DNA of 64,000 bases. Source: Mustelus asterias (Eukaryota). The position numbers were made by a program, and so were the translations under genes. The stretch is from contig NC_135808.1 in NCBI RefSeq assembly GCF_964213995.1, forward strand, positions 24,490,001 to 24,554,000, written 5' to 3'. The notes beneath the pieces were generated by a model that saw only the letters and a program-made list of their open reading frames with translations, did not search any database and was not told where the DNA came from. Shown piece after piece: positions 35,501 to 50,434 of this stretch (positions within the stretch are counted from its first letter, which is position 1; each line of letters opens with the position of its first letter).

Positions 35501-37242
35501 GAACGGTACACACCTTCATTTAGACTAAACTGAACTAAAATTTGGAAGAGGTAAGAAGGAGGGTTGATGAGGGCAGTGGGGTGGACGTGGTCAGAGAGAT
35601 TTTGATAATGCTTTAGACAAGGTCCCACATGGCGAGCTGGTCAGAAAAGTAAAAACACATTGAGATCCAACACACATTGGCAAATCAGACCTCAAATAGC
35701 TCAGTGGCAGGAAGCAAAGGGTTAAGGGATTTTAGTGACTGCAAGGCTGTGGGGGTTTCAAAGGACCCAGAACTCACGCCTTTGCTTTTTGTAGTTTATA
35801 TTAATGAATTAGGTTCAAATGTAGGGGGAATGATAACGAAGTTTGGAGATGTACAAATATTGCCGATGTGGGTGACAGTGAGGAGGAAAACTTCAGACCG
35901 CAGGAAGATAGAGATGGTCTGGGCAGTTGGGAAGAACAGTGGAAAATGGAATTCAATCCGGAGCAGTGAGAGGTGATGGATTTTGGGAGGATTAACAAGG
36001 CAAAGGGAATCCCCAATAAATGGGAGGATAATGACTAATGTGGAGGAACAGAGGGATCCAGGAGTGTATGTCGACAGACGGGGAAAGATATCAGGTCAGG
36101 ACAGGTTAATAACATGTTTAGGAAGGTATATAACATACTCTCCTTTATTAGCAAAGGCACAGAACAGAGTGGTTTTGCTCGAACTGCAAACAACACCAGA
36201 CAGACGACAGCTGAAGCATTGCAGACAGTCTGGTCGGCACATTACACAAAAGATGTGATTGTATTGGTGAGAATGTAGAAGAGATTGTTTAACGTAGACA
36301 GGACTGGAGAATGTTCACTGTGAGGAAAGAGCGGATAGGCTGGAATAGGAATCTGTCGAATAGAGGAGGCCGAGGTGAGAGTTAATTGGGGTGGATATAA
36401 TTATGAGGAGCCAAGGTAAATAGAGATGACACGTTTCCCTTAGCAGAGGATCAAAAACCAGGGGCACAGATTTAAAGAAATGTTAGAAAGATCAGGGGGG
36501 AAATGAGGAAAGGGTTTTTCATCCAGAGGGTGGGAGGGACCCGGGACTCACTGTCTGAAAGGATGGTAGAGGCAGAAACTCTCACCACATTGAATCAATT
36601 CTTGGATGTCGAGTTGAAGAGCTGTGATCTACAGAGCTGCAGACCGAGTACAGGAAGGTGAGATTAGGCTGGAGAGCTCTTCATTACGATGGGCTGAATG
36701 GCCTCACTGTCGATCATAAATTTTCGACCATTCAACATTCTACCCACACAACACCAGCTAAATCCATCAGAGCCCCAAACACCAGCGAAACCCATCAGAC
36801 CCCAAACACCAGCGAAACCCATCAGACCCCAAACACCAGCTAAACCCATCAGACCCCAAACACCAGCTAAAAACATCAGACCCCAAACACCAGCTAAAAA
36901 CATCAGACCCCAAACACCAGCTAAACCCATCAAAGTCCCAAACACCAGCTAAACCCATCAGAGCCCCGAACACCACCAAAACCCATCAGAGCCCCAAACA
37001 CCAGCAAAACCCATCAATTCCACAAACACCAGCAAAACCCATCAGACCCCAAACATCAGCAAAACCCACCAGACCCCCAAACACCAGCTAAACCCATCAG
37101 AGCCCCAAACACCAGCAAAACCCATCAATTCCACAAACACCAGCAAAACCCATCAGACCCCCAAACACCAGCTAAACCCATCAGATCCCCAATCACGAGC
37201 TGAACCCATCAGAGCCCCAAACACCAACAAAATGCATCAGTC

Positions 37243-38830
37243 TGTTCAGCCTCTCAGTTGCAGTCCAGTAATAAAAGATGATGCAAGTCCCACTTCTTCA
37301 CAAACTCACTTTATTCTCTTTTACAACTCCACATACATCCCCAACACCGAGTGCCACCTGTAACCCCTTTATATATCCCGGAAAGTCTATTAAACAATTA
37401 ACATACAAATCTGGTCTAAAGTAGAAGGTTGCAGTTAGCCTTTCCGAACACAGTCCCCTTCCTCGACAGAAAACACAAAGAACATTGTATTACCACGTCC
37501 CCATTTTTTTTATTTATACAAAGATATGACCTTCTTTGACAATGTCCAAAGGTTTCTTTGAACTTGCCCCTCTTTTTCTAAAGCAATCGGAGAATTGATA
37601 ACTACTATCAACCTTTTTATCTTTTGATATTTCACCGTTGTCCAACATTTGCCTTAAGCTGACTATGTCTATTCGTAACTTTTTCTCATTTACACTCTTT
37701 GTGGAGCGCAAACTTCCCCAAAGTGCTTATTGTCAATGTGACACTCAAATGGGTATTTTACCCAAATCCTCTAACCCCAAAATCTCTGTCAGTATCTGGG
37801 ATATGAAAGAAGCCATATCCACTGCCTCTACACAGCGCAATGTCTCAGCGGCCAATGTGCTCTTTACCACTCTCCTTATTTTCTTTGTTTCCCATACAAG
37901 AAGGCAACATTTACCATTTTCCCCCAAAAGAAAGATTGTAAAACCTCCTGCACTTGAAAACCCATCACGCAAATTGGCGTAGGATGCATTATTATAAACT
38001 GTGAGTTTCAGGTGCCTAAGATCACCCAAAAAAGGGAACCTCAAAACACACTCCTACATTTTTAGTTTGACCAACATTTTGTTTGCTCTCATTATGTCTT
38101 CCACCCGAGGGCATCAAAATTACCGTCCAGTCTGGTCTGCCGAGCCAATTCAGTTCACCAATCAAACTTTGCTGTCCCTCCTTTTCCATTTTAAAAACCA
38201 CTGCGTCCTTTTGTGAAGCCCGAACGTGAATAATTGCTCCTGGGCTGAGACTCTCCAAATAAGATTGCTGACGTAAAGTGACACCTGGCTCATCTGTCCA
38301 ATTTCCAGCCCAATATATTTGAAAGCCCCTGAAGCCGGACTTCCAATCCTGAATTCCTTCCTCAGCCCAGAAATCACAATGATTTCAAAATCACTGCTAC
38401 CACTCCACAAAAAATCATCGGTGTGCATCACAAAGAGACCAGAATGTTTTCCTTCATGGTGCCAGGATCTGGTTTCAACTGGCAACAGCCTAACTTTAAC
38501 AAAACTCCGACCTTACCAAAAAGTACCAAACTCTAGATGCATCATTTAGTCCATATCCACATTTATTTAACTTCCAGGATACCCATTCTGTGTTAGCTGC
38601 CTCTTTAGGATGGAGAAAAATGCCTCTGAAGCTGATGCCCCTGCAAAAAGGTAGCTTTAATATCGATAGATTTGCATTCCCAGGCCTTGTAGCTAACAGC
38701 CAAGATGATCTTTAAAATACCCTTTCCTGCCATGGGTGAATACACCCTGACATCCTGGTCTCCTAAATTTTCTTCAGATCCCCTTGCCACAAGCCTGGCC
38801 TTTGCCTTGTAGGTTCCATCAAGAAGCATT
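37243..38830 (-). mobile_element. Ty1/Copia remnant, copy B
   Basis: ORF fragments 37514-37711, 37745-38044, 38162-38485 and 38605-38835 carry Copia RT/RNase H motifs. Confidence 0.85.
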
Positions 38831-39408
38831 ATCACCAGCTAAATCCATCAGACCTCCAAACACTAGCAAAACCCATCAGACCCCAAACACCGGCAAAACC
38901 CATCAGACCCCGAAACACCAGCAAGTCCCTCAGAGCCCCAAACACCAGCTAAACCCATCAGACCCCCAAACACCAGCAAAACTTATAAGTTCTACTCCAC
39001 ACCCCAAACATTCAGCAAATGACCAGATTCATCACAAAACACGACTGATGTTAAATCCTGTGGGAATGACAGACCCCAGTTGCCGACTTCAGGGAAAACT
39101 CTGGGAATTCTGACTTCCTTAAGGAAATTGAGCAGCTTAGCGGAGGGTGTCCAGGGTGACATGTTTCCGGATGTCTCGACACCTCAACACCCACAATGTC
39201 TCCACCCTCAGACTGTACAGGAGCAGCCGTCTCCAGAAGGCCAGTCTCAAAGCTCAGTGTTGGATTGGATGAGCTGCTCTTTAGTGACGATACAGCGAGA
39301 GACAGACACTGAGCTCACATCCCACCCACCAGATTGTACAGCTAAATCCAGCGGGAATATCCCAGTTAGAAGGATCAGCTCCCAATATTTATCAACACAG
39401 TTCATACC

Positions 39409-42400
39409 TCAGGAACGCGTGGAGGAGCTGGATGAGGAATCCCCACCATCAGAAGCTGTTAAAGGAAGGAGAGACATTAAAAACTGTTCATTTTCACAGA
39501 GACAGAGACTGTGGATTTGAGAATGAGAGAGACAAAGAGAGACACAGAGAAAGAAAGAGGTTCTCACACACATACTGACGGTGACACACAGAAATACAGA
39601 CACACACACACACACACACACGGTGTTTGATGATCAGCTTACTATTTGTAGGATTGTAGTCGTTCTTCCCTCTCCCTGTAAAACAAGGAATGTTCAGTGA
39701 GTGACGAGACTGAGAGAAAATCAGAGACAGAGGCTGGAACCCTCGCTCGCACTGAGCCCCGACAACACAATTCTGAAATCCTCACTCTCAGCCTGACCGG
39801 GACCCTCACTCCCACCCTGATCCTGGACCCTCACTCCCGTCCTGTCCCTCGACCCTCACTCCGACCCTGACCCTGGACCCTCACTCCCATCCTGTCCCTA
39901 GATCCTCACACCCACCCTGACCTGGATCCTCACTCCCATCCTGTCCCTAGACCCTCACTCCCACCCTGATCCTGAACTCCCACCCTGACCCTGGACCCTC
40001 ACTCCCCCCTGACCCTGGACCATCACTCCCACCCTGACCCTGGACCCTCACTCTGACCTGAGCCCCTCACAGATATCCTGAACTCCATCCGCAATCTGAG
40101 ACCCTTCCCACAATTCACAGACACTCTCCCTTTATCTTGAGCCCCTTATCCTCCCTATCCCAACCCTGGGGCTCTTCCATCCACTCTGTGACCCCCCCCC
40201 CACACCAACCTGAGACCCACAGCCTGAGCCACCCCCACCCTGGAATACTCTCCCACAATCCCTCCCCCGAGTGAGGAGCTGCTCTTTTCCCTCCAATTCC
40301 TACCTTTCTTGTTGTAGATGACAACAGCCACAATGATGAGAGCGATGAGCACGAGGACCCCGACCACAATCCCGACAGTAACAGCAACCTGGGAGCGAGA
40401 CTTTGGTTCTGTTAGAGAGAGAGAATCAGAGAGACTGAGTGAATCAGGGAGAGGGAAAAGTGAGAATCAGAGTGAGAGAATGGGAGAGAGTGGGAGAGAA
40501 TGAGAGAGAGAGAGAGAGGGCTAGCATCTAAGAGTGAATGAGGGAGTGAATGAGAGATAGAAAAAGGTCAGAGAGTGAGAATGAGAGAGGAAGAAAGAGA
40601 AATGAGAGAGTGAATCAGAGGGAGAGAGTGAATCAGGAAACACAGGATATACGACACAGAAACCGGCCATTCGGCCCATCCAGTTGATAGTGGTGTTAAT
40701 GTTCTACTTGAGCCTCCTCCCATCTTTTTTTCTCATCTAATTCGACCATTTTAACTCTATTCCCCTCTCCCTCATTTGCTTGTCTATCCTCCCCTTAAAC
40801 TATACTGTTCAGTTCAGCCACTCCCTGTGGCAGCGAGCTCCACATTCTCATCACTCTTTGGGTGAAGAGGTTTCTCATGAATTCCCCATTGGGTTTCTTG
40901 TATTGATGGCCACTGGATATGCTCTTCCCACAAGAGGAACACTCTCGATGTGTCCGCTCGATAAAAAACCTTTCATAATTTTAAACTCCTCGATTAAATC
41001 AACCCTCAGCCTTCTGTTTTCCCGAGAGCAGAGACCCAGCCAGTCAATCCTTTCCTGAGATGTCCACCCACTTATTTCTGGAATCATCTCTGTAACTCTT
41101 CTCTCCACTCTCTCCCCTGACTCTATATCCTTTGTGTGAAATGGTGACCGGAACTGCACACGGTCTTTAAATGTGGTCTAACCAAGGTTTGGCAATAACG
41201 TCCCTGCTTTACAATTCTATTCCTCGAGAAGTAAAACCTGGTTTTCGATTGTATTTTGTTTATTGTCTAACCTGTAACTCTATGTTTACTGATTGGTGTA
41301 TTTGTCCATCAAGATCCCTTTGTTCCTCAACCCTCCCTATTCATCGTTAACTGAAAAATACCTCACGTTTATCTGTGCTGAACTTTATTCACCAACTATT
41401 TGTTCAAGTTTATTCATGTCCTATTAATTTATTCCAGTTCTCCTCAAAATCAAATAATTCCCCCAATTTAGTGTTATCTGCAAATTAAGAAATGGTATTT
41501 TTGATTCCAATATCCAAGTTATGGAGTGTAAGTTGTGAATAGCAGTGATCCCAACACTGATCCTTGTGGAATGATGGAGGAACCCAGCACATCAGTGCAA
41601 AAGATAAAGCCGAAGTATTCGCAGCAACCTCCAGCCTGAAGTGCCGAGTGGATGATCCATCTCGGCCTCCTCCAGTGGTCCCCAGCATCTCAGATACCAG
41701 TCTCCTGATAATTCGATTCACTTCACGTGATATCAAGAAACGGTTGGAGGCACTGGATACTGCAAAGGCAATGGGCCCTGATAACATTCCACCAATAGCA
41801 TTGAAGACTTGTGCTCCAGAACTTGCCGACCCCCAAGCCAAGCTCTTCCAGTACAGTTACAACACTGGCATCTACGCAACAATGTGGAAAATTGCCCAGG
41901 TTATGCCCTGTACACAAAAAGCAGGACAAATCCAACCCGGCCAATTACCGCCCAATCAGTCTACTATCGATCACCAGTAAAGTGATGGAAGGGGTCATCG
42001 ACAGTGCTATCATGCAGCACCTGCTCAGCGACGCGCAGTTTAGGTTTTGCCAGGGTCACTCAGCTCCTGACCTCATTGCAGCCTTGGTTCAAACATGGAC
42101 AAAAGAGCTGAATTCCAGAGGTGAGGTGAGAGTGACAGCCCTTGACATCCAGGCCAAATTTGACCGAGTGTGGATCAAGGAGCCCTAGCAAAACTGGAAT
42201 CAGTGGGTATCAAGGGGCAAACTCTCCGCTGGTTGGAGTCAGACCTGGTACATAGGAAGATGGTTGTGGTTGTGGAGGGTCAGTCACCTCAGCTCCACGA
42301 CATCTCTGCAGGAGTCCCTCAGGTAGTGTCCTCGGCCCAATAATCTTCAGCTGCTTCATCAATGACCTTCCCTCCATCAATAGGTCGGAAGTGGGGATGT

Positions 42401-45400
42401 TCGCCGATGATCGCACAATGTTCAGCACCATTCACGACTCCTCAGATACTGAAGCAGTCCATGTTCAAATGCAGCAAGATCTGGACAATATCCAGGCTTG
42501 GGCTGACAAGTGGCAAATAACATTCGTGATGGAATACTCCCCTCTTGCCTGGATGGGTGCAGCTCCAACAACACTCAAGAAGCTCGAAACCATCCAGGAC
42601 AAAGCAGCCCGCTTGATTGGCACCACATCTATAAATATTCAATCTGTCTCCCACCGACGCTCAGTAGCAGCAGTGTGTACTATCTACAAGATGCACTGCA
42701 GCAATTCACTGATGATCCTGAGACAGCACCTTCCAAACACACAATCACTTCCATCTAGAAGGACAAGGACAGCAGATAAATGGGAAGATCACCACCTGCA
42801 AGTTCCCCTCCAAGCCACTCACCATCCTGACTTGCAAATATATCACCGTTCCTTCGAGGTCACTGGGTCAAAATACTAGAATTCCCTCCCTAACAGCATT
42901 GTCACCACCACCTTCTCAAGGGCAACGAGGCATGGGCAATAAATGCTGGTCAGCCAGCGACACCCATGTCCCACGAATGAATTAAAAAAAACACATTTTC
43001 CACTTTCTGTCACTCCGAATAACTCCCTTTACTCACACTCTCTGCTTTCTGTCCAAAAGTCAGTGAGTGATCCATTCTGTCACTCATCCCCTAACTCCAC
43101 ATGCTTTGACCTTGTCAATCAGTCCATCACGAACACCCTTTTCTATTACATTTGAAAAATTATATGATATTATATCTATTACATTACCATTGTCTATTCC
43201 CTCTGTTACATCCTCAATTGTGTGCAGTTCTGGTCACCTGGATGTGGAAGCGCTGGAAAGAGTGCAGAGGAGATTTACCAGGATACTGCCTGGTTTGGAG
43301 GGTAGATCTTATGAGGAAAGGTTGAGGGAGCTAGGGCTGTTCTCTCTGGAGCGGAGGAGGCTGAGGGGAGACTTAATAGAGGTTTATAAAATGATGAAGG
43401 GGATAGATAGAGTGAACGTTCAAAGACTATTTCCTCGGGTGGATGGAGCTATTACAAGGGGGCATAACTATAGGGTTCGTGGTGGGAGATATAGGAAGGA
43501 TATCAGAGGTAGGTTCTTTACGCAGAGTGGTTGGGGTGTGGAATGGACTGCCTGCAGTGATAATGGAGTCAGACACTTTAGGAACATTTAAGCAGTTATT
43601 GGATAGGCACATGGAGCACACCAGGATGATAGGGAGTGGGATAGCTTGATCTTGGTTTCAGATAAAGCTCGACACAACATCGTGGGCCGAAGGGCCTGTT
43701 CTGTGCTGTACTGTTCTATGTTCTAAAAATCCACTTAGTGGAGTAAAACAAGATTTTCCATTTCAAAATCCATGCTGAATATTCATTGTTATAGGATTTG
43801 ATTCTAGATTTTCATGAAATGTCTTTAATAGAAGGAATTCCATTATTTTTCTGAATATTGATCTTAATCTTACTGACATAAACTCCCAGGATGCACTGGG
43901 TCCTGTCCTACTGTAATATTTGATTTATTGTCACATGTATTGGTATACAGTGAAAAGTATTGTTTCTTGGAGATACTGGGCCCTGTCTATCCTCTATCCA
44001 AGTGGAGAGGATCTCCAAGAAGATCGCGCATATCGACACAAACATCAAGTTTCTACAAACATGCAAGAAAGCAGACAAGATACTGAAAGGACAACGGATC
44101 ACGAACCCACTCAGGTCAACCTTTAACACGGACTACGCTGAGAGACTGTGCCATCGCACCTCTCTCACCCTCCTCAAACACCTCATACACCAACTCTACA
44201 GCAAACGCCGCAGCCTGGAAACCAAGATCGAATCCATAGTCTCAACTTGCGCTCAGGACGCAGACCAGCTGCGAAACTCTGCCAAGCAGACGAGACAAAG
44301 GAACTACACCATCTACATGCACACCAAGAACAGGAAACTTGAGAAACCCGGCATCACCACCAGCAGCAACCAAGCCTCCCCCGGTACCACAGTAGAAAAC
44401 AGTACCACTGCAGGAAAGTCCATTGTCAACCCATCGGACTACACACTTCAGCCAGATGAAATCGAAGTTCTCAGCCGAGGGCTCAACTTTTGCCCCACTA
44501 CCAAAATAGACCCCATCAGTCTCGCAGCGGACACAGAGGAATTCATCAGGCGAATGAGGCTGCGGGAGTTCTTCCACAAACCCCAAGAGGCCAACAGCAA
44601 ACACAATGAGACAGCTAATGAACCGGAACAGCAGACAGAGAGACCCGCAGTGCAACCGAAGAGGAAAGAGTCGAATTGGACTCCTCCGGAAGGCCGCTGC
44701 CCTCGACTTGACATGTATGCCCAAGCCATCAGGAGGTGCGTCAACACCAAATTCATCAGCCGCACTCACAAGACAGCACCGAACATCACCCAAGCACAAC
44801 GCAACGCCATCCACGCTCTCAAGACCAACCGCAACATTGTCATCAAACCAGCAGACAAAGGAGGGGCCATCGTCATACTGAACAGAACGGATTACTGCAA
44901 AGAAGTGTACCGACAACTGAACAACGAGGAACACTACAGACAGTTACCCACAGATCCGACCAAAGAACACACCCGTCAACTCAACACTCTGATCAAAACC
45001 TTTGATCCAGACCTTCAGAGCACCCTCCGTGCTCTCATCCCACGTACTCCACACGTTGGAGATCTCTACTGCCTCCCAAAAATACACAAGGCAAACACAC
45101 CCGGCCGTCCCATCGTTTCAGGAAACGGAACCCTGTGCGAGAACCTCTCCGGCTATGTCGAGGGCATCTTGAAACCCATTGTACAAAGAACCCCCAGCTT
45201 TTGTCGTGACACTACGGACTTCCTACAGAAACTCAACACACATGGAGCAGTTGAACCAGGAGCACTCCTCGTCACAATGGATGTCTCGGCACTCTACACC
45301 AGCATCCCCCACGATGATGGCATTGCTGCAACGGCCTCAGAACTCAATGCCGTCAACTGCCAGTTTCCAGATGCAATTTTACAACTCATCCGCTTCATCC

Positions 45401-48400
45401 TGGATCACAATATCTTCACCTTCAACAACCAGTTCTTCATCCAGACACACGGAACAGCCATGGGACAAAATTCGCACCTCAATATGCCAACATCTTCATG
45501 CACAGGTTCGAACAAGACTTCTTCACTGCACAGGACATTCAACCGATGCTATACACTAGATACATCGATGACATTTTCTTCCTTTGGAGTCATGGTGAGC
45601 AATCACTGAAACAACTATATGATGACATCAACAAGTTCCATCCCACCATCAGACTCACCATGGACTACTCTCCGGAATCGGTTGCATTCTTGGACACACG
45701 CATCTCCATTAAGGACGGTCACCTCAGCACCTCACTGTACCGCAAGCCCACGGATAACCTCACGATGCTCCACTTCTCCAGCTTCCACCCGAAACACGTA
45801 AAAGAAGCCATCCCCTACGGACAAGCCCTCCGAATACACAGGATCTGCTCGGACGAGGAGGATCGCAACAGACACCTCCAGACGCTGAAAGATGCCCTCA
45901 TAAGAACAGGATATGGCGCTCGACTCATCGATCAACAGTTCCGATGCGCCACAGCAAAAAACCGCACCGACCTCCTCAGAAGACAAACACGGGACACGGT
46001 GGACAGAGTACCCTTCGTCGTCCAGTACTTCCCCAGAGCGGAGAAGCTACGGCATCTCCTCCGGAGCCTTCAACATGTCATTGATGAAGACGAACATCTC
46101 GCCAAGGCCATCCCCACACCCCCACTTCTTGCCTTCAAACAACCACGCAACCTCAAACAGACCGTTGTCCGCAGCAAACTACCCAGCCTTCAGGAGAACA
46201 GTGACCACGTCACCACACAACCCTGCCACAGCAACCTCTGCAAGACGTGCCGGATGATCAACATGGATGCCATCATCCCACGTGAGAACACCATCTACCA
46301 GGTACACGGTACCTACTCTTGCAACTTGGCCAACGTTGTCTATCTGATACGCTGCAAGAAAGGATGTCCCGAGGCATGGTACATTGGGGAAACGATGCAG
46401 ACGCTACGACAACGGATGAATGAACACCGCTCGACAATCACCAGGCAAGACTGTTCTCTTCCTGTGGGGGAGCACTTCAGCAGTCACGGGCATTCAGCCT
46501 TGGATCTTCAGGTAAGCGTTCTCCAAGGCGGCCTTCACGACACACGACAGCGCAGAGTCGCTGAGCAGAAACTGATAGCCAAGTTCCGCACACATGAGGA
46601 CGGCCTAAACCGGGATGTTGGATTTATGTCACATTATCAGTAACCCCCACAGCTTGCCTCCTGGACTTGCAGAATTTCACAAGCTGTTCTGTCTGGAGAC
46701 AATACACATCTCTTTAACCTGTGTTGAATGCTCCCTCCACCCACATTGTCTGTACATTTAAGACCTGGCTGGCTGTAGAGATTTGCATTCTAATCAGTAT
46801 TCTGTAAATTGATTTCTGTGTCTGTGCTCTGTTTGAGAACAGATATCCACTCCATCTGACGAAGGAGCTCTGCTCCGAAAGCTTATGGTATTTGCTACCA
46901 AATAAACCTGTTGGACTTTAACCTGGTGTTGTGAGACTTCTTACTGTGCTTATCCTCTAAAATCCCAGGCACACCATGCCCTTCCTCCTGTAACATCCCA
47001 GGATACACCAGGCCCTGTCTACCCTCTAATATCCCAGGCACACTGGGCCCTACCTCCTGTAATATCCTATGTTACCCTGGGTCATCGCATACAGTAATAT
47101 CCCAGGATACACCAGGCCCTGTAAGGCTGCAATATCTCAGGATACACTAGGATTTGTCCTTTTATAATATCCCAGGATACACTGCATTCTGTATTACTGC
47201 AGTATCCCAGGATACACGAGGTCCTGTCAGGCTGCAATATCCCAGATATACTGGGCCCCACCATACTGTAATATCCCAGAACACCCCAGGTCCAGATTTA
47301 CTCTAATGTCCAATGATGCACCAGGCCCTGTGCGACTGTAATATCCCATGGTACACTATATCATGTCGTACTGTAATATTCCAGGATACACCAGGCCCTG
47401 TTATACTGTTCTATCCCAGGATACTCTGGGCTCTGTCATACTGTAATCCCAGGATACACTGCGACCCGTGCGACAATAATATCCCAAAATGCACTGGGTC
47501 TTGTCGTACAATAATATCCCTGGACACACTGGGCTAGTATACTCTAGTATCCCAATTAAACCAGGCCCTTGTGGACAGTAACATCCGAGGATACACTTGG
47601 CCTTGTCCCTACTGTAACATCCCGACTGTAATGGCCCTGACCAACTAAAGGACCTCATGATACACAGCACCCTGTCCCACTGTAATGTCCAATAACACAA
47701 CGGGTCCTGTACTCCCAGTTATTTCCCAGGATGCACCAGGCCCTGTCATGCTTTAATATCCCAAGGTACACCCGGCCTTATCCATCCTGTAATATCCCAG
47801 AAGACACTGGATCCAGTTGCACTATAATACGGCAGGATACAGTGGGGTATGTTTCATGTCAAATCCATGGACACACAATTATTTCCCTCTAAAGGTGGTA
47901 CCATGATATATCACACATTGAAGGTGAATATTTATTTTCCTCTCTGTATCCCGGGCCTCAGGCTGTCCTGGGCTGACAGCTCAGCACTGACCCTCACTCC
48001 TGTGATCCTGGCCTGAGGCTGGGTCCTCTCTAACAGTGAGAAACAGTCTTACCGTAAATCACCATCAGTGTCTCCTTCATCCCGCTGTGTTCCACCCGAC
48101 AGGAATACTCGGCCTGGTCCTCTGGATCAAACTCTACCCATTTCCGGATCTGGTAGGTGCTGTCGTGATTGGGTAAAATCCCACTGGACAGAGTCTCATC
48201 AATCACCACTCCGTCTCTCCACAGATTCACCTCGATGGCTTGAGGGTAAAACCCGGTGACGGCACAGGACAGCCGGTTAGAATCACCCAGACGGGTAAAG
48301 GACACGACGGGGGCAACTGAGAGAGAAAGAAAAAGGAGTCAGTACAGGAACGTCGAGATAGAGACTCCCGGCATCACCCCCTTCACCGACTCTCACTCCC

Positions 48401-50269
48401 CCCTAACTCACCGACTCTCACTCCCCCCTCACTCACCGACTCTCACTCCCCCCTCACTCACCGACTCTCGCTCCCCGACTCTCACTCCCCCCTCACTCCC
48501 CGACTCTCACTCCCCCCTCACTCACCGACTCTCACTACCCCCTCACTCACCGACTCTCACTCCCCCCCCCCACTCACCGACTCTCACTCCCCCCTCACTC
48601 ACCGACTCTCACTCCTCCCTCACTCACCGACTCTCAGTCTCCCCTCACTCACCGACTCTCACTCCCCTCTCACTCACCGACTCTCACTTCCCCCCTCACT
48701 CACCGACTCTCATTCCCCCCTCACTCACCGACTCTCACTCCCCCCCTCACTCACCGACTCTCACTCCACCCTCACTCACCGACTCTCACTCGCCCCTCAC
48801 TCACCGACTCTCACCCCCCCTCACTCACTGACTCTCACTCCCCCTCTCACTCACCGACTCTCACTCCCCCCTCACTTACCGACTCTCACTCCCCCCTCAC
48901 TCACCGACTCTCACTCCCCCCTCACTCACCGACTCTCACTCCCCCCTCACTCACCGACTCTCACTCCCCCCTCACTCACCGACTCTCACTCCCCCCTCAC
49001 TCACCGACTCTCACTACCCCCCTCACTCACCGACTCTCACTACCCCCCTCACTCACCGACTCTCACTACCCCCCTCACTCACCGACTCTCACTACCCCCC
49101 TCACTCACCGACTCTCAATTCTCTCTGTCCGTACTCCAGGTATTTTCTCAGCCACTCGATACACTCCACCTCCAGGTAATGTTTCAATCGCTGAATGTGT
49201 CCAGTCTGCCGGTCGCACCTGTTTTTGATGCTCTCCCCCCAGGGCACTGGGGTCACCCACACCATGTGCTCCTTGTCCAAACTGAGAACGTCATGTCCGT
49301 CCCACCCGTACTGGCTGAATCCACTCGTGGTCCCATCATCCCGCAGGTCACAGCCAGTCATCATCTGGCAGACATGGACCCCTGTGGATCAGAAACACAA
49401 ACAGCCAATCAGAGACAGTCCCAATGGGCGATCCCACCTGTACAGCCAATCAGAACGTGTCTCACTGGGCGATCTCATCCCACCAGCCAATCAACATCAA
49501 CTACACCCCCCCCCCTCCCCCCCCACTCCGCTCACACACAGCCAATCAGAGCCAGCTCCCTGGACACAATCCCTCCACACATTCACAGCCAATCACATTT
49601 CCTGTCACATCTCCAATCGCAGCCAATCAACCTCTGGCTCCCAGTCCCTAATCCACTCTGGGTTTCTCCTCATTCCCACCTGGATCCCCGGGTGCTGGGA
49701 GAGTGAGCACTCACCTACTGTCTGGTTGGTGTGGGACATGTAGAGCGGAATATCAGCTTTCAAATACATCTCCTGCTCCTCTGTGAAGATCTTCTTCCGC
49801 TCCCAGGCTGCCGGACCCTCGCTCTCCACCATCCACTGCTCCCGGGGGATCAGCTCCCTCCGATCGCTGTCGTACATCACAAACTGGACACCGTCCACAT
49901 AAACGACAGCCACAAACTCCGGGAAATCCGGGATCAAAGTCATTCCCGTGAAGAAATACCGCAGAGAGTGAGAGCCTGAAATACAGAGAGAGAGAATTCA
50001 GGAAATACACCCTAAAAACACCAACACCCTCACACACACACACACAGAGAGATCAGGGCATGAACCCCAAAACACTGATTCCAAACTGAGAGCAAGACCT
50101 CCACCCAGCCTGGCATTGCCCCTCTCACACCCCATCACTCACTGACCCAGGGTTAATGCCCCAGTACCCAGCCTGGCATTGCCCCTCTCACACCCCATCA
50201 CTCACCTGCAGACACCTCTCCACACAGAAGGACCAGCTCTATCAGTCCAATCATTGCTGCTTCCCTCAT
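39409..50269 (-). CDS. MHC class I alpha chain, non-classical-like, copy B. Spliced CDS join(complement 50206-50254 [or 50269], 49715-49975, 49109-49381, 48053-48316, 40304-40408, 39643-39675, 39409-39455)
   Basis: Same exon structure and splice sites as copy A. Leader and a1-a3 are identical in protein; it differs by L>V near the TM start and S>T in the tail. Confidence 0.93.
39790..40060. repeat. ~24-bp VNTR in MHC intron 5, expanded in copy B (only 2-3 units at ~7420-7480 in copy A)
   Basis: Unit ccctgaccctggaccctcactccca; copy B has ~220 bp extra. Confidence 0.85.
40304..40408 (-). CDS. MHC class I copy B exon 5 (transmembrane)
   Basis: EPKSRSQVAVTVGIVVGVLVLIALIIVAVVIYNKK with AG/GT borders. 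Confidence 0.9.
41567..42991 (+). mobile_element. Non-LTR retrotransposon 3' portion, copy B
   Basis: Paralog of 9025-10449. Confidence 0.85.
43997..46950 (+). mobile_element. Penelope-like retroelement, copy B
   Basis: ORFs 43960-45609 and 45498-46643, same frameshift and same tatcctcta flanks (43988-43996 and 46951-46959). Confidence 0.95.
46852..46888 (+). ncRNA. Minimal type I hammerhead ribozyme, copy B
   Basis: Identical to 14309-14345. Confidence 0.88.
48053..48316 (-). CDS. MHC class I copy B exon 4 (alpha-3)
   Basis: Same translation as 15512-15775. Confidence 0.96.
48383..49116. repeat. 25-bp tandem repeat filling MHC intron 3, ~29 units, copy B
   Basis: Same unit, about one extra copy. 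Confidence 0.97.
49109..49381 (-). CDS. MHC class I copy B exon 3 (alpha-2)
   Basis: Same translation as 16541-16813. Confidence 0.96.
49715..49975 (-). CDS. MHC class I copy B exon 2 (alpha-1)
   Basis: Same translation as 17145-17405. Confidence 0.96.
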
Positions 50270-50390
50270 GTTGGGGGAATCATTTGGAGGAAACTCTTAT
50301 TCAAAGAATGGCCATTTCCTCAACTCACTCCTTCTGTCTTTTCCTGTTTACACTGAGCCTCAATCTGATTGGACACAAAATAGGATTGAA

Positions 50391-50434
50391 CCAATCAGAA
50401 TAAAGAGATTCAGTGAGTCATCAGTTTCCAGCAG
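50391..50434 (-). promoter_or_regulatory. MHC X1-X2-Y promoter module, copy B
   Basis: Same motif block as copy A. Confidence 0.8.
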
